Part shown: positions 26,731 through 35,712 of the stretch, piece after piece
Numbering within the stretch: the first letter of the stretch is position 1
How the letters are laid out: every line of letters starts with the position of its first letter
NCBI GenBank assembly: GCA_030669305.1
Contig: DAOVDU010000003.1
Coordinates: 1 to 56,238, forward strand
Origin: Candidatus Aminicenantes bacterium
GTDB taxonomy: Bacteria > Acidobacteriota > Aminicenantia > Aminicenantales > Aminicenantaceae
Length of the DNA stretch: 56,238 nucleotides
Reading direction: 5' to 3'
The notes under the pieces: generated by a model
The model's input: only the letters and a program-made list of their open reading frames with translations
Told to the model about the DNA's origin: nothing
The model's database searches: none
Translations under genes and position numbers: made by a program

Positions 26731-27563
26731 TGGCAAAGATTTTGCAGAGAAAACGCTTAGTCCCAAATATTCATCTTCTGGAGGTACATGCTCCTGAGGT
26801 TGCCCAAAAATGTAAACCAGGTCAGTTTGTCATTATCATGCCTGACGAGCGTGGAGAAAGAATTCCATTAACCATAGGGGACTGGGATGAGAAAAAAGGT
26901 TCTGTTACTTCGGTGTTTCTTGTGGTTGGGACTTCAACCCACAAACTCTCGATGCTCGAAGCAGGAGATGAAGTACCTGTCTTTGTCGGGCCTTTAGGCA
27001 AGCCTTCTGAAATAGAAAAATACGGAACAGTCCTTTGTGCTGGAGGCTGTTTTGGTATTGCGGCCATTTATCCCATTGCCCGTGCTCTAAAAGAAGCAGG
27101 GAACAAGATTATCACTCTCTTGGATGTTAAAGCCAATTACCTAATTTATTGGGAAGATAAGTTAAAAGCTGTAAGCGATCAATTTTTTATTTCAGCTCGG
27201 GACAGCTATTACGACTGTAAGGAATACATCCCAAACACACTCGAGAAAATAGTGAAAAAGGAAAAGAAAATCGACCGTGTTGTTTCTATAGGGTGTACTT
27301 ATTTGATGTATACCTGTTCGGAAGCCACAAAACCTTATGGAATAAAGACAGTAGTCAGCCTCAATCCTATCATGGTGGATGGAACCGGGATGTGTGGAGC
27401 ATGCCGTGTAACCATTGACGGAAAGACGAAATTTGCCTGTGTGGACGGGCCAGATTTTGACGGCCATTTAGTCGACTGGGATGAGCTTTTTTCGAGAAGG
27501 AAGTCCTATTTTGAAGATGAAATTCAGTCTTTATGTTACTGGGAAAAGGAAACCTTTCCTTAA
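26730..27563 (+). CDS. nfnA: NfnA/SudB-like FAD/[2Fe-2S] subunit
   Basis: PGQFVI...GERIPLTI, VGPLGKP, SLNPIMVDGTGMCGACRV...FACVDGPDFD. Confidence 0.88.
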   Translation: MAKILQRKRLVPNIHLLEVHAPEVAQKCKPGQFVIIMPDERGERIPLTIGDWDEKKGSVTSVFLVVGTSTHKLSMLEAGDEVPVFVGPLGKPSEIEKYGTVLCAGGCFGIAAIYPIARALKEAGNKIITLLDVKANYLIYWEDKLKAVSDQFFISARDSYYDCKEYIPNTLEKIVKKEKKIDRVVSIGCTYLMYTCSEATKPYGIKTVVSLNPIMVDGTGMCGACRVTIDGKTKFACVDGPDFDGHLVDWDELFSRRKSYFEDEIQSLCYWEKETFP

Positions 27564-27593
27564 AAGCTTAAGACATGAAAGAGTAGAGAAAAC

Positions 27594-29096
27594 ATGAGTG
27601 AGAATAAAAAAGAAATGCCTCAGGAGCTCAAAAAAAGGCTCAGGACCGCGTTTAATGAAGAGTGGCGCAAAGAGCTGCGCAAATCCCTACCTGCGAAGGA
27701 AAGAATAAAGATTCCTCGCCAGAAGATGCCAGAGAGAGATGCTGAAGAACGGAACAAGGATTTTTATGAAGTTAACCTTGGTTTGGAAGCTAAGATGGCT
27801 AAGGCGGAAGCCCAGAGATGCCTGGATTGTGCTAATCCTCAATGTGTGACAGGCTGCCCTGTTGGTATTGATATTCCCACGTTCATAAAACTTATAGAGA
27901 TAGGAGATTTCGAACAGAGTGTTCGAATGATAAAAGAGACTAACAGTCTTCCAGCTATCTGTGGCCGTGTATGCCCGCAGGAAACTCAGTGTGAAGTTGT
28001 TTGCAATCTAAAAAAAGCCACTGGTGTTCCAGTTGCTATTGGAAATTTGGAGCGGTTTGTTGCTGATTATGAGAGAATTAATGGAAATGTTTATATCCCT
28101 CCTATACCGCCGGCAACTGGCAAGAAAGTGGCCATTATCGGAGCAGGGCCTGCAGGCCTTACTGTAGCCGGAGATCTGGCAAGAAAAGGCCATAAGGTGA
28201 CAATTTTTGAAGCCCTCCATATTGCAGGCGGTGTTCTGGTCTACGGAATACCCGAATTCAGGCTTCCAAAAAAAAGCCTTCAAGCAGAAGTGGAATACCT
28301 TGAACGACTAGGAGTTGAGTTGAAAACAAATTTTGTTGTGGGTAAAACTGCTACTCTGAAAGATTTAGAAAACGAGGGATACGATGCGTTTTTTATAGGG
28401 TCAGGGGCAGGGCTGCCGAATTTTATGAGGATTCCTGGAGAAAATTTGATCGGAGTCTATTCGGCTAACGAATATTTAACACGGGTAAATCTGATGAGGG
28501 CCTATGAATTTCCTAAATATGATACCCCCGTGTTTTTAGGAAAGAAAGCAGCAGTGCTTGGCGGTGGTAATGTTGCCATGGATTCAGTCCGAACAGCCAA
28601 GAGACTCGGTGCTGAAATGGCGGCTATTGTCTACCGCCGTTCAAGTGTTGAGATGCCGGCAAGGGCAGAAGAAGTGCATCATGCAGAAGAGGAAGGCATT
28701 GAGTTTCTTTTTTTGACAACCCCAATAAGATACTTTGGGGATGAAAAAGGCCGGGTTAAGGCTATGGAATGTTTGAGAATGGAACTCGGTGAGCCTGATG
28801 CTTCTGGAAGACGTCGGCCTATTCCTATTAAAGGTTCAGAGTTTGTCATGGATGCTGACTTGGTTGTTGTGGCGATTGGAAACAGCCCTAATCCATTGAT
28901 TCCACAGACTACTCCTCAATTAAAAGTTGGAAAATGGGGAAATGTGGAAGTTGATTGGGACACTATGGCTACCAGTATAAAAGGAGTTTATGCTGGAGGA
29001 GATATTATTCGTGGTGGAGCTACGGTTATTTTGGCAATGGGCGATGCCCGAATTGCAGCAGCCAGTATTGATAAATACCTGTCAAATAAAAAGTGA
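27594..29096 (+). CDS. nfnB: NfnB/SudA-like (GltD-family) NADP(H) flavoprotein
   Basis: RCLDC.NPQCVTGCP, CGRVCPQETQCE, GAGPAG, YGIPEFRLP, GGGNVAMD, YRRS, GGD..RG.ATVILAM; directly follows nfnA. Confidence 0.88.
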   Translation: MSENKKEMPQELKKRLRTAFNEEWRKELRKSLPAKERIKIPRQKMPERDAEERNKDFYEVNLGLEAKMAKAEAQRCLDCANPQCVTGCPVGIDIPTFIKLIEIGDFEQSVRMIKETNSLPAICGRVCPQETQCEVVCNLKKATGVPVAIGNLERFVADYERINGNVYIPPIPPATGKKVAIIGAGPAGLTVAGDLARKGHKVTIFEALHIAGGVLVYGIPEFRLPKKSLQAEVEYLERLGVELKTNFVVGKTATLKDLENEGYDAFFIGSGAGLPNFMRIPGENLIGVYSANEYLTRVNLMRAYEFPKYDTPVFLGKKAAVLGGGNVAMDSVRTAKRLGAEMAAIVYRRSSVEMPARAEEVHHAEEEGIEFLFLTTPIRYFGDEKGRVKAMECLRMELGEPDASGRRRPIPIKGSEFVMDADLVVVAIGNSPNPLIPQTTPQLKVGKWGNVEVDWDTMATSIKGVYAGGDIIRGGATVILAMGDARIAAASIDKYLSNKK

Positions 29097-29250
29097 ATAG
29101 TGAATGGTGAATAGTAAACACTGTTATACAGCCGTACTGCAATACTGCAAACTGAAGACTGCCTATTGGTATTTTCGCCCTGTCGCCATTTCTCCGTTTC
29201 GCCGGTTCGTTCTTTTTGCTCCTAACTCCTCACTTCTTACTAATCTTGGA
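29093..29250. repeat. Heptamer mosaic (GTGAATA, ACTGCAA, CTCCTAA families)
   Basis: AGTGAATAGTGAATGGTGAATAGTAAA...; CTCCTAACTCCTCACTTCTTACT. Confidence 0.7.
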
Positions 29251-29257
29251 GGTTTAA

Positions 29258-30553
29258 ATGCCTTGGGTAGATGATTACAAAAAAAAGTTAGTAACTGCCG
29301 AGGAAGCAGTTGCTAAAATTAATAGTCACAACCGCGTTTACATAAGCGGTAACGCTGCAACTCCTTATGTATTGATGAAAGCATTAGCTTCTAGGAAGGA
29401 TGAGCTGGAAGGCGTTGAACTTGTTCATGTTCTCCTTTTAGGGGAAGACCCTCTAGCTAAGCCTGAAATGGAGGGTCATTTTCGCCATAATTCTCTCTTT
29501 GTCGGCCCTGCAGACAGAAAAGCCATAAATGAAGGAAGAGCAGATTATATTCCGATCTTTCTTCACCAGATTCCCAATCTTTTTTATTCAGGGCAAATGC
29601 TCCTTGATGTGGCTGTGCTTCATCTTTCCCCGCCTGATGAGCATGGTTTTATGAGTTATGGTGTAGAGGTTTTGGCCTCCAAGGCTGCTGCAGAGACGGC
29701 GAAGATCGTTATTGCTCAGGTCAACGAAAAGATGCCGCGAGTTCTAGGAGATTCTTTTATTCATGTTTCTCGAGTCCACAAAATTATTGAGGTTTCGGAG
29801 GACCTTCCTCAGCTGGAGAAGAAACCTTTCAGTGAAGTGGAAAGAAAGATAGGCCATTTTATTGCTGAACTAATTGAAGATGGTTCCACTCTTCAGTTAG
29901 GCATTGGAGGAATCCCTGATGCTGTGCTTTCTGCCTTAAAAGGTAGGCAAGATTTAGGTATCCACACAGAAATGGTTTCAGATGGAGTAATGGAGGCCAT
30001 AGAAGATGGAATCATAACTGGGGCCAAAAAGACATTTCATCCATATAAAGTGATTTTGACTTTTATATTAGGGTCAAACAAACTTTATAAATTTGCCAAT
30101 AATAATCCAACATTTGAGGCACATCCTGTAGACTATGTAAATCATCCCTTTAACGTTTCTCAAAACGAGACTATGGTAGCTATAAATTCTGCCGTCGAAG
30201 TGGATATCACTGGTCAGGTCTGCTCTGATTCTATTGGCACCTATATTTATAGCGGCTTCGGCGGCCAGGTTGATTTCATTCGTGGAGCTGCTCATTCTAA
30301 AAAGGGTCTTCCAATCATTGCTCTTCCTTCCACAGCAAAGAAAGGAGAGATATCCCGGATTGTCCCTTTCCTCAAAAGAGGAGCAGGAGTTGTTACAACT
30401 CGAGGTGATGTCAAGTATGTGGTTACAGAATATGGAGTTGCCTATCTGCATGGGAAGAACTTAAAAGAAAGGACAGAAGCTTTGATCAACATTGCCCACC
30501 CAAATTTCAAAGATGATTTAATAAAAGAAGCAAAGGACAGGCATCTTATTTAA
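29258..30553 (+). CDS. Acetyl-CoA hydrolase/transferase family (4-hydroxybutyrate/succinate CoA-transferase-like)
   Basis: GRADYIP.FL, GSTLQLGIGGIP, catalytic Glu in HTEM, GGQVDF.RGA, VTT.RGDV.YVVTEYG.A. Confidence 0.92.
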   Translation: MPWVDDYKKKLVTAEEAVAKINSHNRVYISGNAATPYVLMKALASRKDELEGVELVHVLLLGEDPLAKPEMEGHFRHNSLFVGPADRKAINEGRADYIPIFLHQIPNLFYSGQMLLDVAVLHLSPPDEHGFMSYGVEVLASKAAAETAKIVIAQVNEKMPRVLGDSFIHVSRVHKIIEVSEDLPQLEKKPFSEVERKIGHFIAELIEDGSTLQLGIGGIPDAVLSALKGRQDLGIHTEMVSDGVMEAIEDGIITGAKKTFHPYKVILTFILGSNKLYKFANNNPTFEAHPVDYVNHPFNVSQNETMVAINSAVEVDITGQVCSDSIGTYIYSGFGGQVDFIRGAAHSKKGLPIIALPSTAKKGEISRIVPFLKRGAGVVTTRGDVKYVVTEYGVAYLHGKNLKERTEALINIAHPNFKDDLIKEAKDRHLI

Positions 30554-31228
30554 ATGCGGCAGCCAGAACTCTTTCAAGTGGAAAAAGGGCACATCGGAAC
30601 AGATGAATCAGGGAAGGGGGATTATTTCGGTCCTCTTGTGGTGGCGGGATTTTTTCTTCCAGATAAGCAGCAAAAAGTTCTTCGAGAATTTGGTGTAAAA
30701 GATAGTAAACAATTTTCGGACAACCGCGTCAGGGAATTGGCTGATTTCATAAAAAGGGGATACAAATATTCACTAGTAGTCATCGGACCGGAAAAATATA
30801 ATGAGCTTTATAATAAGTTGAGAAACCTTAACAGAATCCTTGCCTGGGCTCATTCTCGTGCTATCGAAAACATCCTCGAAGAAGTCCCTTGTAGTCTTGC
30901 CATCACTGATCAGTTTGGGGATAAGCTATATGTCAGTAATGCCCTGATGAAACGGGGAAGGAATATTGAGCTCATTCAAAGGCCAAAAGCTGAGGAAGAT
31001 TTGGCCGTGGCTGCAGCGTCGATTCTTGCTCGAGCTGAATTTTTGAGGCGGCTCTACTTTCTTTCTCAAGATATAGGGATGGGCCTTCCTAAAGGTTCCT
31101 CTCCTATGGCTGAAGAAGCTGCGGTGAAGCTTGTCAAACTCCAGGGAGTCCAGATTCTCGATAAAGTCACCAAGAAACACTTCAAACTCACCAAACGAGT
31201 GCTGGATTTAGTAAAGAGTGAGGAATGA
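30554..31228 (+). CDS. rnhC: Ribonuclease HIII, catalytic domain only
   Basis: DESGKGDYFGP, VKDSK, DQFG, KAE, AVAAASILAR are HIII-type motifs. Confidence 0.82.
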   Translation: MRQPELFQVEKGHIGTDESGKGDYFGPLVVAGFFLPDKQQKVLREFGVKDSKQFSDNRVRELADFIKRGYKYSLVVIGPEKYNELYNKLRNLNRILAWAHSRAIENILEEVPCSLAITDQFGDKLYVSNALMKRGRNIELIQRPKAEEDLAVAAASILARAEFLRRLYFLSQDIGMGLPKGSSPMAEEAAVKLVKLQGVQILDKVTKKHFKLTKRVLDLVKSEE

Positions 31229-31238
31229 GGAGCAGGAG

Positions 31239-31439
31239 AACTCAAAACTCAAAGCTCAAAACTCAAAACTGACATTCGTAAGCCGTAAACCGTAAGCCAT
31301 AAGCAGAAAAATCCATTCGCCATTTCCCATTCACTATTCACCATTCCCCATTTACTTATTTTTTTGTCTTGCCTCTTTGTCTTGCCAGCAAAGCGTTGTC
31401 TTGCTTGCCCAATAGGGCATTGTCTTGCCCGAATTGCTT
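31239..31439. repeat. Composite intergenic repeat: CTCAAAA, CGTAAGC and TTCACCA heptamers plus a partial GCAAGACA module
   Basis: Directly visible; 31376-31404 matches the first part of the 61-bp module. Confidence 0.88.
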
Positions 31440-31480
31440 TTTTATTAATAAATGTCAAATGTTGAGACGCGACCCCTTTA
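31440..31480 (+). repeat. 41-bp element, left copy of a perfect inverted pair
   Basis: TTTTATTAATAAATGTCAAATGTTGAGACGCGACCCCTTTA; exact reverse complement at 35506-35546. Confidence 0.95.
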
Positions 31481-31521
31481 TTTCTTGCTTTATTTGTTTT
31501 ACGATGAACAGGGTGAAATTA

Positions 31522-32721
31522 ATGAATAAACAAACCAAACGGCTTTATTTTGAAAATCCCTATCAAGTTGAGTTTGATGCGAAGATTATAGAAAAAACAA
31601 CTTATGAGGAAAAATCTGCCTTGATCCTTGATAAAACCTGTTTTTATCCTGAATCAGGAGGACAGCCTTCGGATAAAGGAACCATAAACGGAATCAAAGT
31701 AATAAAAGTAATGGAGGAAAATTCCAGAATCCTTCATGTTCTCGAGGAAGATGTTTTCTCTGAAGACATAAAAGGAGTCATTGATTGGACAGTTCGTTTT
31801 GACTATATGCAGCAGCATACAGGTCAGCACATTCTTTCTCAGAGTTTTGATGAAATCTACAATGCAGAGACCTTATCTTTCCATTTAGGGGATAAGATTT
31901 CTTCTGTTGAGATTGATTTAAGGAAGATTACAGAAGAGGAAGTTGAAAAGGTAGAAAGATTGGCTAATGAGATCGTATTCCAGGACAGGGAGATAAAAAC
32001 TTATTTCATAAAGGAAGAAGAAACACAGAGCATCCCGTTGAGAAAGCCTCCAAAGAAGAAGGGACTTATTCGTATTGTCGAAATATCAGATTTCGATTAT
32101 TCAGCCTGTGGAGGAACACATCTGCGCAGGACAGGTGAAGTCGGTATTATAAAAATCCTCAAGTTGGAGAGAATCAGGAACAATGTCAGATTTGAATTTT
32201 TATGCGGGAAGAGAGCACTTCAAGATTATACACGGAAAAACAGAGATCTTCGTCATCTTTCCAATAAGCTAACCGTTAGTGAAGGCGAAATCCTTAATTC
32301 ATTCGAAAAACTTGTTTTTGAACTCAAGGATCAAAAAAAGAAGAATAAAAATACCCAAGAGAAACTTATCCAGTATGAGGCTCAGGAAGCCATTCAAGGA
32401 GCGAAAGAAAAAATAATCAAAGAGATTTATTCTGGAAGAAACCCAGAGGAAGTGAAATCTCTGGCCCTAAATATAATAAAAAAAGGAGAATATGTTGTTC
32501 TTTATGGGCTAAAAGCAGAGAAGAGAGTTCATTTGGTACTGGCAAGCTCTGAGACTTTAGACATAGACATGAGAGAGCTTGTTCCCATAGTTACACCTAT
32601 GATAAAAGGAAAGGGAGGAGGAAGTCCTTCTTTGGTTCAGATAGCAGGAGAAGATCCAGAAAATCTAGAATTGGCATTGGATAGAGCCTATGAGTATATT
32701 AATAATCGGTTAGTCAGTTAG
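31522..32721 (+). CDS. AlaX-L alanyl-tRNA editing protein with C-terminal DHHA1/C-Ala domain
   Basis: Likely start MNKQTKRLYFENPY; FYPESGGQPSD.G, MQQHTGQH (HxxxH), CGGTH, GKGGGS. Confidence 0.9.
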   Translation: MNKQTKRLYFENPYQVEFDAKIIEKTTYEEKSALILDKTCFYPESGGQPSDKGTINGIKVIKVMEENSRILHVLEEDVFSEDIKGVIDWTVRFDYMQQHTGQHILSQSFDEIYNAETLSFHLGDKISSVEIDLRKITEEEVEKVERLANEIVFQDREIKTYFIKEEETQSIPLRKPPKKKGLIRIVEISDFDYSACGGTHLRRTGEVGIIKILKLERIRNNVRFEFLCGKRALQDYTRKNRDLRHLSNKLTVSEGEILNSFEKLVFELKDQKKKNKNTQEKLIQYEAQEAIQGAKEKIIKEIYSGRNPEEVKSLALNIIKKGEYVVLYGLKAEKRVHLVLASSETLDIDMRELVPIVTPMIKGKGGGSPSLVQIAGEDPENLELALDRAYEYINNRLVS

Positions 32722-32840
32722 TCTGTTAATCAGTTAATCGGTTAATCAGTTAGTCAGTTATTCAGTTAATCGGTTAAATATTTTAATTAAAATAACAGAC
32801 TAACTGATTAACAGACTAACTGATTAACCGACTAACCGAT
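32705..32840. repeat. Long inverted heptamer hairpin filling the gap between convergent alaX and ABC permease genes
   Basis: GTTAGTC/GTTAATC array, palindrome TATTTTAATTAAAATA (32779-32794), TAACAGA/TAACTGA array. The alaX stop TAG lies inside the array. Confidence 0.92.
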
Positions 32841-34088
32841 TCATTCATGCCTAAGCGCGACAATTGGGTCGAGCTTGGCTGCCTTTTGAGCAGGAAAGAT
32901 TCCGAAGAAAAGACCCACAGAGACAGAGACAAAAAATCCTAATAAAACGGACCAGAGAGTTACAGAAGCAGGAAGAGGAGTTGCAGCCTTTACAAGAAAA
33001 GCTATGGAGAAGCCTATAATTATGCCTGATGTGCCTCCTATGCAAGTAAGGAGGATTGCCTCAATCAAAAACTGCTTTAGGATATCCCCCGAGCGGGCTC
33101 CGATGGCTTTTCGAATTCCGATTTCTCTTGTTCTTTCCTTGACAGAGACCAGCATGATATTCATGACGCCAATTCCACCTACAAGAAGGCCGATTGAGGA
33201 GATAACAATCATGACCAGGTAGACTGCCCCTGTGATTTGGTTGTAAAGGTCTATAATAGTATCCTGAGTAAAAATGGCAAAGTCGTTGGGTTTTCCGAAT
33301 CCGACTTTTCTTCTTTTACGGAGAACGTTAATTATCTGTTCCATGGTTTCTTGGATATAACCATGTTTTTCGGGAGTGGCAGTAATTTCGATTCCTGAGA
33401 GGTCATAAGGAAAATACTTCATAAGAGTTGTGATGGGAATGCCAATAAAATTATCCTGGCTCTGTCCGAATATACTACCTCTTTTTTCGAGCAATCCAAT
33501 AACCGTAAATTTTTCAGGTCCAATTCTTATTTCTTTTCCCAGAGCTTCAGTGTAAGGAAAGAGAGTCTCAGTCAGCTCAGACCCAAGGACACAAACTTTA
33601 GTGCGGTGAATAATATCTGATTCAGATATGAATCTTCCCTTTTGCGGAAGATAAACAGATAGAACCATAGGGAATTTCTCGTTCATCCCAATAATTATAG
33701 AATCCTGACTTTTGATATTTTGGTATTTGATAGGGATGTTCTCAAAGACATCCACAACAAGGTCAACGGCAACTGCTTTGACCAATGAACATTCATTCTC
33801 GATAGCGAGAGCATCTTCAAAGGTGAAGTCTTTTCTCTGTCTTATTTCCTCAGAAGAGCGGCCTATGTGAACGCCTGGTTCGGATTTGCTCACCATGATT
33901 ATGTCTGAACCGATGGATTCAAGTTCACTGAGAAAAGTTCTGTTTAAACCCTGGATAATAGATACCATCCCAATAACGGTCGCCACACCGATCATGATTC
34001 CTAACAGTGTTAAGAAAGATCGGAGTTTATGGCTTTTTATCGAATCAAAGGCCATTTGAAATATTTCTTTAAGAATTCCAATTCTCAT
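32841..34088 (-). CDS. MacB/FtsX-family ABC permease
   Basis: RSFLTLLGIMIGV, periplasmic domain, GGIGVMNIMLVSVKERTREIGIRKAIGA, FPAQKAAKLDPIVALR. Confidence 0.93.
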   Translation of the reverse strand: MRIGILKEIFQMAFDSIKSHKLRSFLTLLGIMIGVATVIGMVSIIQGLNRTFLSELESIGSDIIMVSKSEPGVHIGRSSEEIRQRKDFTFEDALAIENECSLVKAVAVDLVVDVFENIPIKYQNIKSQDSIIIGMNEKFPMVLSVYLPQKGRFISESDIIHRTKVCVLGSELTETLFPYTEALGKEIRIGPEKFTVIGLLEKRGSIFGQSQDNFIGIPITTLMKYFPYDLSGIEITATPEKHGYIQETMEQIINVLRKRRKVGFGKPNDFAIFTQDTIIDLYNQITGAVYLVMIVISSIGLLVGGIGVMNIMLVSVKERTREIGIRKAIGARSGDILKQFLIEAILLTCIGGTSGIIIGFSIAFLVKAATPLPASVTLWSVLLGFFVSVSVGLFFGIFPAQKAAKLDPIVALRHE

Positions 34089-35320
34089 TGTTCTGACCTG
34101 AGGGATTCTATGGGATTAAGCTTAGAAGCCTTACTGGCTGGATAAAGGCCGAAAAAGATACCTACAGAGGTAGAAACAAGAATGGCAATAATGATGGAGA
34201 CAGGTTCAATACTCGAAGGCAAAGACGTGGTTGCCGTGACAATCCTGGCAATGATAAACCCTATGAGAATACCAATTATTCCTCCGGAAGCAGAGAGGGC
34301 AGCGGATTCGACCAAGAACTGTAATAAAATGTCCATGCGGCGGGCTCCAACAGCCATACGAATACCAATTTCTTTAGTCCTTTCAGTGACAGCTACGAGC
34401 ATGATGTTCATGATAACAATTCCGCCCACGATGAGGGCAATAGAGGAGATGGCAATCATGGCAAAATAGATGCTTGAAGTTATTGTTTTGTAAAGCTGAA
34501 TAAAAGTTTCTGAACTTCTGAAAGAGAAGTCATCCGGGTCATTAAAAGAAAGATGGCGCTTGGAACGAAGAATGGTTCTCACTTCTTCTTTAGCCTGTTC
34601 CATCTGTTCTTGTGAGGATGTGTGAACATTGATGTCGATGCTTCGTCTTGAGCCATAGATTTTATAAAAAGTTGAGATTGGAATGCGGATATAATTATCC
34701 TGACTCATCCCCAAAAGTTTTCCTTTCTTTTTACCTATGCCAATTACTAAAAAATTATGCTGACCAACTTTGATCCTTTTGCCCAGGGGATCTAGATGAG
34801 GGAACAGCTCTTCTACTAGGTCTGTTCCAATGACACAGACGAAGCGGGAGCGGTCTTCATCTTCTTTAAGTATATGTCTTCCTCTTTCAAGCTCCTCCAC
34901 ATTTCCGATCATATGGTCAAGATGAGTCAAGCCTCTTATTGATACATCTTTGAGGAATTGGCTTCCGAATTTTGCGGTTCTACTTGTGCCAGTCGAGGCT
35001 CCTATGAGTTCGCATGATTCGCACTGGCGGCGGAGGAGTCTCATGTCATCAAGAGTTAGATTTTTCCTCTTTAGCATTTCCCGCCACTCTTTCAAGGAAG
35101 TTCCAGTTATGGAATATTTAGACACTGAAAAGTCATTAGCACCGTGGAAAGCCAATTCTGTATAGACAAAGTTGTTTAGACCTTGGATGATAGAGATAAC
35201 TGTGATTATAGTGAGGACGCCGATGATGACACCCAATAATGTGAGGAACGTCCTGAGCTTATTCGCCCAGAGAGAACTCATGGCCATTGAAACAGCTTCG
35301 CCAACATTAATTCTTGCCAT
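34085..35320 (-). CDS. MacB/FtsX-family ABC permease
   Basis: RTFLTLLGVIIGV, GGIVIMNIMLVAVTERTKEIGIRMAVGA, YPASKASKLNPIESLR. Confidence 0.93.
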   Translation of the reverse strand: MARINVGEAVSMAMSSLWANKLRTFLTLLGVIIGVLTIITVISIIQGLNNFVYTELAFHGANDFSVSKYSITGTSLKEWREMLKRKNLTLDDMRLLRRQCESCELIGASTGTSRTAKFGSQFLKDVSIRGLTHLDHMIGNVEELERGRHILKEDEDRSRFVCVIGTDLVEELFPHLDPLGKRIKVGQHNFLVIGIGKKKGKLLGMSQDNYIRIPISTFYKIYGSRRSIDINVHTSSQEQMEQAKEEVRTILRSKRHLSFNDPDDFSFRSSETFIQLYKTITSSIYFAMIAISSIALIVGGIVIMNIMLVAVTERTKEIGIRMAVGARRMDILLQFLVESAALSASGGIIGILIGFIIARIVTATTSLPSSIEPVSIIIAILVSTSVGIFFGLYPASKASKLNPIESLRSEQ

Positions 35321-35505
35321 TGTTCTACTGCTTTATTACATTTAACTCATATTATATATGATACGGAAGAATTTGAGAAAGGTTTTATCCGGTTCGTTTC
35401 TTCAAATCTCAAAACTGACACAACTGACTAAACTGTGTTGTTTCTCGCTTTTCTAGCGTTTCTAGCTTAAAATAATGAACAAGGAGATTTTTTTATAAAA
35501 AAATT

Positions 35506-35546
35506 TAAAGGGGTCGCGTCTCAACATTTGACATTTATTAATAAAA
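35506..35546 (-). repeat. 41-bp element, right (inverted) copy
   Basis: TAAAGGGGTCGCGTCTCAACATTTGACATTTATTAATAAAA. Confidence 0.95.
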
Positions 35547-35712
35547 GTACAAGGAGGGCAAGACAAAACAAACTCAAAGCTCAAAACTGAGAAATGGTTG
35601 AAGGTTTAAGGCAAGAATAGAAATTTGTTTGAGGCTTGATGTTAAATTTAAGAAACCTTTAACGTTAAAGCTTAAACTTTAAACTTACCTTAAGGAATGA
35701 GGAGTAAAAAGA

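Noticed and set aside
27594-29096. Glutamate synthase small subunit gltD
   Set aside because: No gltB is nearby and the gene directly follows an nfnA-like gene, the NfnAB arrangement.
31249-31458. Small ORFs lying in repeat mosaics (31249-31458; also 40544-40906 and 3522-3791)
   Set aside because: Their translations merely reflect heptamer and 9-mer periodicity or antisense overlap, with no family motifs.
3762-32840. GTT...AAC hairpins as integron attC sites
   Set aside because: The order is GTT-arm then AAC-arm, opposite to RYYYAAC...GTTRRRY; the heptamers do not fit GTTRRRY; flanking genes are housekeeping; no integrase is present.
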